Shown here piece by piece: positions 51,780 through 64,000 of a DNA stretch of 64,000 bases. The stretch is from Octopus bimaculoides (taxonomy: Eukaryota). Below the pieces are notes generated by a model. That model made no database searches. It worked only from the letters and a program-made list of their open reading frames with translations, and was not told where the DNA came from. The DNA is taken from contig NC_068993.1 in NCBI RefSeq assembly GCF_001194135.2, positions 42,105,249 to 42,169,248 of the forward strand, in the 5' to 3' direction. The position numbers and the translations under genes are program-made. Every line of letters starts with the position of its first letter. The first letter of the stretch is position 1.

Positions 51780-52150
51780 GTATTTTGTTTCAGTCATGTG
51801 ACAACAGCAATGCTAGGGCAGCATTTTTGAAGGGTCTAGTCGAACAAATACGCACCATTACTTATTTTGCTGGCCTGGTACTCATTCTCTCGAAACGTTT
51901 CGCCGAACCTCTAGGTTACGGAGACATGCAAAAACAAGCATATGTGTGTGTGTGTGCGTGCGTGCGTGCGAGCGAGTGTGTGTATTCGACGTGTTTTATT
52001 CAGTTTCCTGATACTAATGGCCCTCATGAGATTTTAACCAACCCAACGCTAAATCAGAAAACACTTGCTCAAGGTGTCTCGTAGCGGGAACGAACCGAAA
52101 ATCCTATACCTAAGAATCAGGCTTCTTAACCACTCGGCTACGCTTGTGCT
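51780..52150 (-). mobile_element. SINE family B, full length (diverged) with internal (TG)n
   Basis: 3' end TTTCAGTCAT..CTAGTCGAACAAAT, internal TG tract, head ..ACACTTGCTCAAGGTG..GCTTCTTAACCACTCGGCTACGC. Confidence 0.75.
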
Positions 52151-52648
52151 TCTACATGTACATATATGAGCATATGCATACATAAATAACACATATGAAC
52201 TTACAAACGTACACACGCTTATATTTCTATGCAAGGCGAATACACATGAAATTAAATTTCAAGATTAACTCAATTAAAGGCCAACATACCTACAAGCAAA
52301 ATACATATACACACGCACCTAACACCGTCATGGCACTGAGTGTAGGCCGTTATTATTTTGTTCACCGGATATTATCATTTCATATGTGCTCAATATTCAT
52401 ACGATTATAATATACATTAAAATTGAAAGGAATCAAGAATTGTATCTATTTAAGATCAAAATATAAGCCATTTACTGAATTATACACTCAATTATATACA
52501 TTAAATTCACATTTTTATAAATGAACTGGAAATATCTACATTTTTATTTAATAATTAATATTTATAGTTTTAATTTCGGTCGGAGTAAGCTTGCTCTATG
52601 TTGCATAGCTTGACAGTATGCTTAGCTTTACACACACACACATACACG

Positions 52649-52696
<48 letters not shown>

Positions 52697-52767
52697 CTTA
52701 GACATACGTGAATATATGTATAAATATGCAAAGGCACACGCACTCACAAATACATATNNNNNNNNNN

Positions 52768-52806
<39 letters not shown>

Positions 52807-53205
52807 CACGTTGGGTCATTTTGCCAAAGCAAAACACGCACTTTTCATATTTCCATTGTTTTTTATTACTATTTGTCAATAACAATGTTCCAGGTCTGTC
52901 ACAATGTATTCAAACTCGTGCAACCATTGTGACCATTATAATGTCGGTAAAAATGGACAAAGACAGCTGTTTTATATAGCTATACTAATGTCATTTTGCT
53001 CACAAACACCTGCCCTTGCGGTGGCAACCTTTTAACTCTTTAACGTGGTTAAAATGACACAACGTGATGAGAGATTCTCTTTACGGTAAGTCTACATAAC
53101 TGTACATATATGCATACATACATACATACATGCATTAATACATACGCCCATACAAACATATACACATATATACACACAGATGTATATATACATATATATA
53201 CACAT

Positions 53206-53247
<42 letters not shown>

Positions 53248-54096
53248 TGTATTTATATACATACGTGGATATTTAATTATATATGTATATATATATACAT
53301 GTATAGATACATTCGTGCATACATACACATATCTGTGTGTGTGTGTTTTTGTGTTTGTATACGTATATGGTGATATACATTATCGACTTCATAAGAATAA
53401 TACATTTTTTGTGTTTAAAAGAAAAAAAAATGTTCTATGTTCTAATAGATAATGTTCTAATGAAACAATGATTGATGTTTTTTTAATGTCTTCCATCTTT
53501 CACCCTTCCCGTGTAAATATTTGCTTCTTTTGATTTTTATATTTTTGCTGCAGCTTTGTCATTCGCTTTATAGCTAGACACAAAAACCATACTTCAGTGC
53601 ATAAAAGGGTACATAAAAGAACAACAACAAAAAATCATCTCCCCTACCAAATGCAAACCACTCACAGGGCGACATTCGTGTGTAGCTTACATGAAGATGA
53701 AACTATGCTGAGACTATGTTAGATAAACAATTGAGACAGGGTTGCAATAAATGACCTTACGTATACATAAATATATATACACACACATATGCATTCATAT
53801 ATATATATATATATATATATAAAAGGTGGGAATAAGATTTTTATCAGAAAAAGAGAAACTCATAAAAACAAGATCACTTGTAGTTTAGTTCCTTTGTAAA
53901 TAATTGATGAAGAAGTAATAAAATTTCTAGCGTTAAAGAATAAATGAAAATAGCCAATATCACGTTTCTCATTAAAATTCTCCTTTTTCTATTGTCTGTT
54001 TTTTTAGGTGGCACCTGAGAATTATCTGAGTACAAACACACGACAGCAGCATATATACATATATAAATAATTATACATTACATACATATGTATACA

Positions 54097-54175
<79 letters not shown>
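54097..54175 (+). repeat. (CA)n microsatellite
   Basis: direct reading. Confidence 0.95.
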
Positions 54176-54181
<6 letters not shown>

Positions 54182-54658
54182 ATACATATATATGTAGTTA
54201 TATCTGGGGACGGTCGTTTTTTGACAAATACATAAGCGTCGTACATACATACATGCATACATTGCGTCCTTAGATTTCGAAAAAGCTTTTCCACGGAGAT
54301 AAACTATCTTTCTTCCCACTGGACGTTTATCCTATGCTTATGTACTAGTGTTACTTTGGCACAAGTACTAGTGTTGCTTTGGCAGTACTTTCATCCAATC
54401 ATTAAGTCTCCATCAAAAGAAAATTAGTTATACCTAGAGACATTTAAATCCATTCCTTTATGTATAGAGTATATGCAATAAAAAGAAGCGCTTTTTTTTA
54501 TTTTGCACGTATAATATACGTACCTGTGTGTATGTATATATGTATATATGAATATATATACATATATACATACATATATAGGAATATATATATATATATG
54601 TATATATATGTATATTTCTGCGTGTGTATATCAATATATATGTGTGTGTGTGCGCGTG

Positions 54659-54701
<43 letters not shown>

Positions 54702-55652
54702 NNNNNNNNNNNNNNNNNNNNNNNNNNNNNNNNNNNNNNNNNNNNNNNNNNNNNNNNNNNNNNNNNNNNNNNNNNNNNNNNNNNNNNNNNNNNNNNNNNN
54801 NNNNNNNNNNNNNNNNNNNNNNNNNNNNNNNNNNNNNNNNNNNNNNNNNNNNNNNNNNNNNNNNNNNNNNNNNNNNNNNNNNNNNNNNNNNNNNNNNNNN
54901 NNNNNNNNNNNNNNNNNNNNNNNNNNNNNNNNNNNNNNNNNNNNNNNNNNNNNNNNNNNNNNNNNNNNNNNNNNNNNNNNNNNNNNNNNNNNNNNNNNNN
55001 NNNNNNNNNNNNNNNNNNNNNNNNNNNNNNNNNNNNNNNNNNNNNNNNNNNNNNNNNNNNNNNNNNNNNNNNNNNNNNNNNNNNNNNNNNNNNNNNNNNN
55101 NNNNNNNNNNNNNNNNNNNNNNNNNNNNNNNNNNNNNNNNNNNNNNNNNNNNNNNNNNNNNNNNNNNNNNNNNNNNNNNNNNNNNNNNNNNNNNNNNNNN
55201 NNNNNNNNNNNNNNNNNNNNNNNNNNNNNNNNNNNNNNNNNNNNNNNNNNNNNNNNNNNNNNNNNNNNNNNNNNNNNNNNNNNNNNNNNNNNNNNNNNNN
55301 NNNNNNNNNNNNNNNNNNNNNNNNNNNNNNNNNNNNNNNNNNNNNNNNNNNNNNNNNNNNNNNNNNNNNNNNNNNNNNNNNNNNNNNNNNNNNNNNNNNN
55401 NNNNNNNNNNNNNNNNNNNNNNNNNNNNNNNNNNNNNNNNNNNNNNNNNNNNNNNNNNNNNNNNNNNNNNNNNNNNNNNNNNNNNNNNNNNNNNNNNNNN
55501 NNNNNNNNNNNNNNNNNNNNNNNNNNNNNNNNNNNNNNNNNNNNNNNNNNNNNNNNNNNNNNNNNNNNNNNNNNNNNNNNNNNNNNNNNNNNNNNNNNNN
55601 NNNNNNNNNNNNNNNNNNNNNNNNNNNNNNNNNNNNNNNNNNNNNNNNNNNN

Positions 55653-55699
<47 letters not shown>

Positions 55700-56142
55700 A
55701 GTGCATAAGCACCGAATTGTTGTACATACACACAATCACACACACATTCACATACACACATATATTTATAGCTAATATGAATATTTATTTAGGGATACGT
55801 GTGTGCGTGTGTGCGTGTGTGTGCGTGTGTGCGTGTGTGTGTGCATGTGTGCGTGTGCGTGCGCGCGATACATGATACATATATACACGTATACACATGT
55901 ATACATACATATACATATATGTATGCATATATGTATGTATACAAACACATACATATCCATAAATAAGTAATCAGATTTAGCTATACATACGTATTTCTGT
56001 GTATGTGTATGTGTATGTGGATTTATATGGTATTCATGTTTATGCGCGTATACATATATACATACACACACAAACACACACAGATACATGTCTGCATGTA
56101 TCTATGTATATGTGGGTGTATATTGTATATTTTATATATATA

Positions 56143-56202
<60 letters not shown>

Positions 56203-57232
56203 CGAGTGCGTATATATACGATGCTTCTTGCTACGTGGGGGTCATCAAAAGCGTTGTGAATGAGATTTTATCTTCAACCAACTTAGTGTAGATTTGTCTG
56301 TGAAACGATATTGGTAAATAAACATATTTTTCTCAGCGCGCGTATATCAATTTCTTTCAAGTCGTATATTGTTTATCTTTTCGCAGTAAAAACGAGCGGA
56401 ATGTTATGTAGATATGCCGGAGAATCTATATATTCCATGCGAATTCATTGCAGATATGATTTCACTGAAACAATTTATTTCGTTTGATTATGCATATCAT
56501 GTCTTACGAGTTGAAACGTAATTACGTAGTTATCAATGCCTAGGCCCGAAGAAAATATTCTTCTGCTCCTAATATTTTTCTATCGTTTACGTTATATTCA
56601 CTCATATTTATTTAAATTGTGAAGGAATTTGGATAACACTTTAGATAAAATCCTCACTGCAATCACAGCCTGCGAATTAACTCTTAGCTAAATTAATCTT
56701 TATCTTTGTTGGTTCAATCAACAAAACAAAAATTAGCAATTTTCACTGTTGAGATAAATAACACACTTGCCAGTTAATGACGCGGCCTTTTAGAATCATG
56801 TACAGGTGTTACAGAAATTGCAGACAAATTATAAATTGGTCACTGTGAGTAACATACTAGCATTCTAAGTACTATGGTGACGTCACTGCAAAGTGTGTTC
56901 TCGAATTCCTTTTGAGTTATTTTCCTGAAAATATCATCAGCAATATGAATCTATCCTCTTAATGTAGTGATACCGCTTGCATCTTGCATCATCATCTTGT
57001 TCCTGAGCCCCATTAAAAAGAGAGGAATAATATATATTGAACTTATTCAAAAGTTTTATTAAGATATATATATGTGTATTAGCGGAAAAGGACAACAAAA
57101 CCAAAGCAGGACAAGTATCTCATGTCATTCACAATAATTTAGTGTAAGGTGAATTTGAAGTCTTACAGCTGTTTCTGAGATATCCCAAGTGATATGCTAG
57201 CATGCCCGTACACTGGGTATTCTGTCATCAGA

Positions 57233-57887
57233 GACAAGGTGAGTATGTATGAGAGTTCCAGCCGAACAATGAGAATGAGTCTTCAACACTCATTGGTGGA
57301 TAAAATTTATTTAATTCTGTTCTGTGTTTCTTTCCTTGAACGAGTTGTCCATCATTCCAATAGTCTGACGTTTCAAAGAACTGCCACCCACTCCGCCAAC
57401 CCTAACGGGATAGTTTCTTTCCCTGAATGTGAACATTGTATATATACCGTATACGAACTCCACACATATAAGATACGTTCTCACTTGACGAACTCTCACA
57501 GCACGCAAACATTAGAAGATCATTAGCGCCAATGATTTGTTGTTTTCTTTACGAGTGTTTTTCGTGAATTCCTGAGGTTTTTCGTGTTCCATCCAAAACG
57601 GAAACGAACACCATACCTCCATGCGAGTCGTTTCGGCTGCAGAGTTTCCTTTTTTGTACTCGTAAAGCATTATGTGCCTCAAATGCTCATTGGATACTTC
57701 CATGTTAGAAAGGGTTTTAATCAAAGAAATTTTAAAACTATTATTCTGTAAAATAATATTTAATTAGTTTAAATGTACACAAATGCATAAAAATAATTTT
57801 TAATTCTATTATACATTCTAAAATACTATTAAATTCCATTCAATTTTTAAAAAGGTAAGATCGGACAGAACATATGGGATGACCTGT
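57233..57887 (-). mobile_element. internally deleted mariner
   Basis: N-terminus MEVSNEHLRHIMLYEYKKGNSAAETTR; C-terminal remnant KR.QTI..NDGQ; TIR TA-ACAGGTCATCCCATATGTTCTGTCCGA at 57861-57889 related to the 39247 TIR; the other TIR is weak. Confidence 0.75.
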
Positions 57888-58019
57888 TATCTTTGAAATA
57901 GTATATTTTCTTTGAGATATTCTTTATTTTGTTTTCATTGGATTTTGACGAAGAGCAAAAAACAGTGTATTAGTGCGTCTTTTAATGTGGTAAAGTTTTC
58001 TTCTTCTTCAGGTAGGCCT

Positions 58020-58295
58020 AACTGAAATGCCTTTCACAATGCCGCGCCTGCATTTCTGTTGCGGGTCCTAAAAGTCATAAGGACGATGACGTATAAGTGT
58101 TGGCGATTGCAACATTCCACTCGAACGAGACGCCTGCCCGTCGGGATCTTGTTCATTTACACCTGAGTGAAATGGAACAATCTGAAATAAAGTATTTTGC
58201 TCAAGAAGACAACGCAGGATTTGATCTGGTAATCGAAACTCCGATTCTGCAATCCTGACTGCAACACGCTAACCACTAGCGCATACGCCTTTACC
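58020..58295 (-). mobile_element. SINE family D
   Basis: minus head AAGGCGTATGCGCTAGTGGTTAGCGTGTTG..GGAGTTTCGATTACC (A and B boxes) followed by body. Confidence 0.7.
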
Positions 58296-60012
58296 GAGAA
58301 GAAATATGCATAGCATTTTATCAGTGTCTTTAACGATGTTGACAGTTCGGCCATTTTTCTAGCTATTGTTATAATGCTATTAATGATTTATTAGATTTTT
58401 TTCTCAAAAACATGGTGTAAATGTTATACAATCCTATGAGGTTTGGCTAGAAAGTTTAAGAGTAATATGTTACGTATCAGGGAGTTAGTGTAGACATAGT
58501 GCAACATAATAGATATACTGCCTAAAGTAAAAATAGATTTTTTTTTCTCAAGAGTATATGTGTTATATTTGTAAATATTCGATGATAAGTGAGAACGTAT
58601 ATAATAGAAACCGTAAAAACAAAAATAACCCAAATTGAACCAATATCTCCAGTTTAGAATATTATATTTTAACATTTCTGGTTTTCTTATTCTGTTTGAT
58701 ATTTATCACTTACGTAATCTCAATGCTTCTCCAGATAAATATCACTCAACAGTGTCTCTTGAGGTCGAGATGGAATCTTCCTTACTAACCAAATAAAACG
58801 TTAACTCATCTGACCTTTTATCGTTCGTCATATTTTTATGTATTTAAATTATCATCCTTCAAAGTTTAAAAACTTTTCACCACTCCAAAATTTATAAAAG
58901 TTGTTATTCAAAATTAAGTTTAAATAAATTTTAGTCTGCTGTTACAAAGAATTCATTTGAAATGATCAGCTTGTTTAGGAAGAATGAAATTTTATCAAAG
59001 AAATGACTAATGGCAATCCTAACAACCATCAACTAACTAAAATAACTTTCTGTATTTAGACATGATAGTTGAGGAAATGATTGTCCTTTTGCTAGATGGA
59101 CTCCATCAACTGAAGAAAATTTGATTTGTATTTCAGTGGGCTGCCATTTACACAGAAAATGTCCGGGAAAATTTATACATGAAATATTTCTTCCTTGAAT
59201 CTCACTGCTGTTATTGATTTATTGCTGCTTGCTATGAAAGAGAAATCAATAACTTGCAGTTATAAATGATTTCTTGAAATATTTGACTTTTCAAGGTCTA
59301 GGAGCAATTCAAACTTCCAATGAGCCAATTATAATAATCATTCAGTTAACTTATCGCTCAACTAGCATTTAACGATCGGTTCTATTTGCCCTAGAGTAGA
59401 TGCAACAAGAGTTGATTTCTGAACAAGTTATATTACTGATATCTTATGTAACCATTCACCAATTTCCTCTCTCCTCTAGATTCCTGAAACTTACTGAAGC
59501 AGTCGCTCTTACAATCAATCAATTAATCTGTAGAAATAGATTGATTAATATTATTTCATATTATATGTTTTCAATCTTTGAATTTTTTTTCAATGAGGAT
59601 GCTGAAATGAAACACCATCCTGGTCAACACCACCACCTGGCATCTTGGATGTCTTTAGAGAGTCCATTCAGTTGCAAACGTCCAGACTTAGACCCAAATT
59701 TTAGGATACCTTCTTTACTCCCCCTACCATTAGTCGAAGAAGACTTGTGAGGGGTCATTGATAGCTCTAACCTTATGAATGAAAGACTAATGTAACAGAT
59801 ACATTCACATATTTGGAAACGTTTTCACATAATGTTTTAAAAAATATTCTATCACATTGAACACGATTTCCAAATGTTAGATAATCAATAATTAATATTG
59901 TCCTTTCGCTGAATTTGCCAAGATATTGGGTTGTTGCCAAACAATGTGCATCTACAGTAAAATAACACACACACATATGTATGTGTGTGTGTATATATAT
60001 ATNNNNNNNNNN

Positions 60013-60062
<50 letters not shown>

Positions 60063-60894
60063 AAATCACATTACCAAAGACTGTCATTACCCGCTGCAAT
60101 TTTACAATATACATAAATCCAAATGAAATTCGAAAGTAAAATATCGTGTCAGAATATATTTAGTCTCAAGCTACAATTCAAATTTTCTCTCAATGGATTA
60201 TCCACCAACATGACGTATATTTATTCCAAACCTTTGTCTACGCGATAACTAAATAATCAAATAATGTATTGTCCTGTATGCTTTATCGTCGGTAAATTTC
60301 CATTAATGCATTTACGTGTATCTTAAATGGTCAAAAATTTCGTATCGTTTTGAAAAGTATTTTTCCAGTTTATATTTTTATGTGCTTGACTTAACCGAAA
60401 CTATAACTGCCTCGCAAAACGGTAGAATAATTTGATAATTGATGGTTCTAAACTAAGAATAAAAACCATTCATAAGTGAATATAAAAGTCAAAATTACGG
60501 AATATGTTTCGTTCCAGCGAATTCAAATAAATCATACAATGGATAATTTGATCAAACTCTTTGTCACAGGAGTATAATTCTCTACAAAATCACCAGAATG
60601 AATGAGCACATCATTAGCAATACTCCCTCTCAGCTGTGCGCTTGTACGCACGCGCACGCTTTCCAAATAGTAATGGTAAAAATGTGCACGCACAAGGTTA
60701 TCACGACGAAATCTAAATTCCTCAACTGAAGAAACTTGTGCGACGGTTGCTATGTAAGATGGACCCTTACTTTGCTAAGGAGGGCAAAATGTGCACCCTA
60801 GTAACTTTCTGCGTAGTCATAGCAAAATGTTAGAGAATGCTTTGATTAACAATCGGTTTTCTTTTTTCTTTTTTCTTTTTCTTTTTTCTTTGTT

Positions 60895-61020
60895 AGAGCC
60901 AGCGAACTGATAGAATCGTTAGGATGACGAATAGAATTCATCGTAGTATTTGCTTCTAATCCCTGATCGCTGAGTTAAAATCTTTCTAGGACTGTAATTC
61001 CGTACTGCTGGGTGATTTAT
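60895..61020 (+). mobile_element. SINE family A head (diverged)
   Basis: GCCAGCGAACTGATAGAATCGTTAG..GCTGAGTTAAAATC. Confidence 0.5.
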
Positions 61021-62588
61021 GATAGTTGTTCTGGTCTTTTCCATCTGATTTCAAATCTTATTATTGCTAACATAACTGGTAAAAGTATTTGTTACTTCAA
61101 CATCACCAACTGGCATCTGTTGTGCCGTTTAGCTGAGCGTCCTTAATTAGTAGCAACTGAGACAGGTCTCCGACATGGAGACACCTTCCTGCCTACCCCC
61201 AAGCGTTCTAGGAGGCTCTGTAAAGTGCTATGGACAATTCATTCTTTCCTGACGAAAATGTATTTCAAATAAAACTTCATATTTCCTCTTGCGCTGCATT
61301 ATTGACGCTGGGAGTTATGAAATTATAATTAATAAGATTAAAATTGTGTGTTCAGCTTTATTTGTAAAGAGGAATTAAAAGCAAAGCTTTCAAATTATTC
61401 AGTAAAAAGAAGCAATTTATATATTAGTTTACGAACATTATAAATAATGCTTTAACAATCACTTCAGCAAATAGCGTATGCTTATGCGTGTGTTTCCATT
61501 CTATCACATATTTAATATAGACATAGATAGAAAACATTCAAGCAAATATACACGTATGAATATACATGCTCACACACAAAACACACTCACTCACTCTGTC
61601 TCTCCGTTACATACACAAATGTAAACGTGTTAATAAACTGTAGGTAAACAACGTTTAATATTTTCTTAAGTTATTAAAATAATTTTCTATCCATTCAATT
61701 TAGAGAAAACGTTTAACCTGAATAGTTATGCAAATTCAGTTGAGGAAATATATATTCCTTTCGTGATTCACGTTGATTAAAAACGTTTTACTTGATAAAT
61801 ATTTATCTTTTGTTCTTATAAATGATTGCCTCGACTGCTTAATCTATGTATGTGTGATTTATTCTGCAAGTTAAGTGACCAAGATTTCTTCAATCGGCTT
61901 CTTAGAACTTATTTACCAAACTTACTTTATATTGATGTCGATTACGAACAAGCAGCATCTACTGCATATTTATAAGCTGTTTCCTTAGTAGAGCAGGCGA
62001 GCCCATGTACAAAATGTGACAAGTAAATAAAATCAGATTTATACATTTCAAGAATTTCCAAGTGAGTCTCAGTTGGAATACAAAAGAACGTTGAAATGTT
62101 TCTTTCTATCTTTTCAATTTAATACAAGAAATAATAATATATGTACATCACATCATTGGGGTGTACTTGTGTAAGTGCATATCTTCTTATCTTTGTCTCC
62201 TCTAGTATAAAATATACATTCAGATATGAGATATTCGTATATACCATAATAAATAATACAATTTAATGGCGTGTGTGCGTGAATTCATATCAGTTAATCT
62301 TTGTGTCTCAAATAAAAATATGCACTCGGTGATGGGATATATGCATATACCAGTATAAATAATATAATATGATATGAGTGTTTTGAGTGCCTGTGTGTTC
62401 ATGTGTGTGCTACGTATTTGTGCGTGTTTGTAAGTGTCTGTTGATGCGAGCGTGTGTAACTGTGTGTGTGTCTGTAGGTGCGAGCGTGTGTAACTCTGTG
62501 TGTGTGTAGGTGTATGTGTGTCTGTAGGTGTGNNNNNNNNNNNNNNNNNNNNNNNNNNNNNNNNNNNNNNNNNNNNNNNNNNNNNNNN

Positions 62589-62658
<70 letters not shown>

Positions 62659-63309
62659 TGCTTGTAATAGCTGTCAACTGTGGTTTCGATTATATGAAAT
62701 TCTAAACTTCAAAACAAGAATATTACTTTCGTAAACATAGCAAAGGAGCTTATATTTTCTTTTCATTCATCATTCTTTCTTCGTTTTAAGTATATATATA
62801 TGTCTATATACTAAACAATCTCACAACTTATTCTTTTATCAGGTGAGAGAAATATATAATACGTCACTTCCTATTTAAGATCAAATTTTTCAGACCTCGC
62901 TCAAGAAGAAACTATGTCATGCTATGCTGCATATATTATGAATATTATCATTAATCAAGACAACAGTTTAGCTTTGTTTGCTAGCTTCATTATCGCATTG
63001 ATATCAAGAACTTATTCTGTTCATGACGTACAAGGATTTATATGAAACTTTTGTGAAGTTCATGTCCTGATTGAAGTTACTAATAACCAAGTATAAAGCG
63101 TGAAAAGTAGTTATTTCTTGACTGACGAGCAACTAACTCGGAAACTGCAGCTATCATTATAATCTCAACATATTTCTTGGGCAGTAGAATATCACCCGAC
63201 GGAAATTTTTTGTCAATAATATGACAAAATGTTTAAAATATCGTGCATTGTGCGTTCCATGCAGCATTTTAATACCTTATATTTTTTAGCTATTTTTCTT
63301 AATTAGATC

Positions 63310-63410
63310 GTTGGAATGTGGCCATGTGAGGCACTGCTTTGATGAGTTTAGCCGAAGAAATTGACCCTATTAATTATGTTTTATTTTAAGTCTATTAATT
63401 TTTATCGAGA
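63310..63410 (-). mobile_element. SINE family B, 3' remnant
   Basis: TGTGGCCATGTGAGGCACTGC..TTTAGCCGAAGAAATTGACCC. Confidence 0.5.
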
Positions 63411-63749
63411 CGAGGGACGTAAATGTACATGTGTGGTCAAGCGTTGGGGAGAAAACACGAACATAAGGACACTTGAATATGTAGATGTAGTACGATGGTG
63501 ATTCTGCAACTTTTCAAATGGTTGCCATTTTGAAGGAATTGGCATTTAATATCTTTTTTACTTTTGATTTGTTCTTCATGTCTGGTTACACATGCAATTG
63601 TGCTTAACTTCCCTTTAGGAATCTGCCAATGCGTACACATTCATGGCCCCTCATGCACCCATACTAATGCTAGGACGCATACGCACACACATAAACACAC
63701 GTACATTCAAGCGCGCACCGCTACATACATATATACATACACACACATA

Positions 63750-63782
<33 letters not shown>

Positions 63783-64000
63783 CTCTCTCTATATATATAT
63801 ATATGTGTGTGTGTGTGTATGTGTGTGTGTGTGTGTGTGTGTACTTATATGTATGTATGTATCTGTGTATGTATATGTGTGCGTGTGTACATATGTACAT
63901 ATATTTGTATATGTGTATGCATGTCAGTTCGCGTACATATCCGTATATGTGTGCATATAAATATATATATAGATATATATATGTATATATATATATATAT

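Noticed and set aside
52980-53085. AG...GTAAGT-bounded segment
   Set aside because: The two frames I translated from the 52980 acceptor contain stops, as do all three from the upstream acceptor at 52893; no recognisable peptide
54458-55875. Longest ORFs in the track (350-470 aa), and similar ones at 2222-2705, 5188-5793, 24983-26531 and 27403-28341
   Set aside because: They are made of N-runs and (TA)n/(TG)n translations, so they are not coding
56232-56260. Mariner-TIR-like TACGTGGGGGTCATCAAAAG
   Set aside because: No partner TIR or transposase remnant found nearby
59400-59750. 116 aa ORF with a His/Pro-rich tail
   Set aside because: The N-terminal half is AT-rich intron-like sequence, with no motif and no splice support

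Overview
This is animal draft-assembly DNA: AT-rich, very rich in microsatellites, with 15 N-gaps totalling about 4 kb. The SINE families resemble those I recall from Octopus; that taxon call is inference, not a database result. I cannot support any intact protein-coding gene, rRNA, tRNA or CRISPR array. The long ORFs in the track are microsatellite/N artefacts or transposon remnants. The window is a graveyard of mobile elements: many tRNA-derived SINEs from at least 3-4 families, four RLE-type (R4/Dong-like) LINE 3' fragments, RTE-like fragments, three mariner copies and a mariner MITE, a Charlie/Buster-type hAT remnant, a probable Mutator-like remnant, a Helitron-like insert nested inside a SINE, and Penelope-like terminal relics. 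Three observations deserve most attention. (1) Several degenerate minimal hammerhead-ribozyme motifs, the best at 5182-5223. (2) Two related elements built from a ~315-340 bp unit arranged tandem-plus-inverted (40641-42672 and 50521-51372); the first is interrupted by a mariner whose empty site can be reconstructed. (3) A head-to-tail chain of three different R4/Dong-like LINE ends joined by (AAT)n tracts. An Illumina adapter remnant sits at a gap edge. All alignments were done by eye, and coordinates of decayed repeats are approximate.
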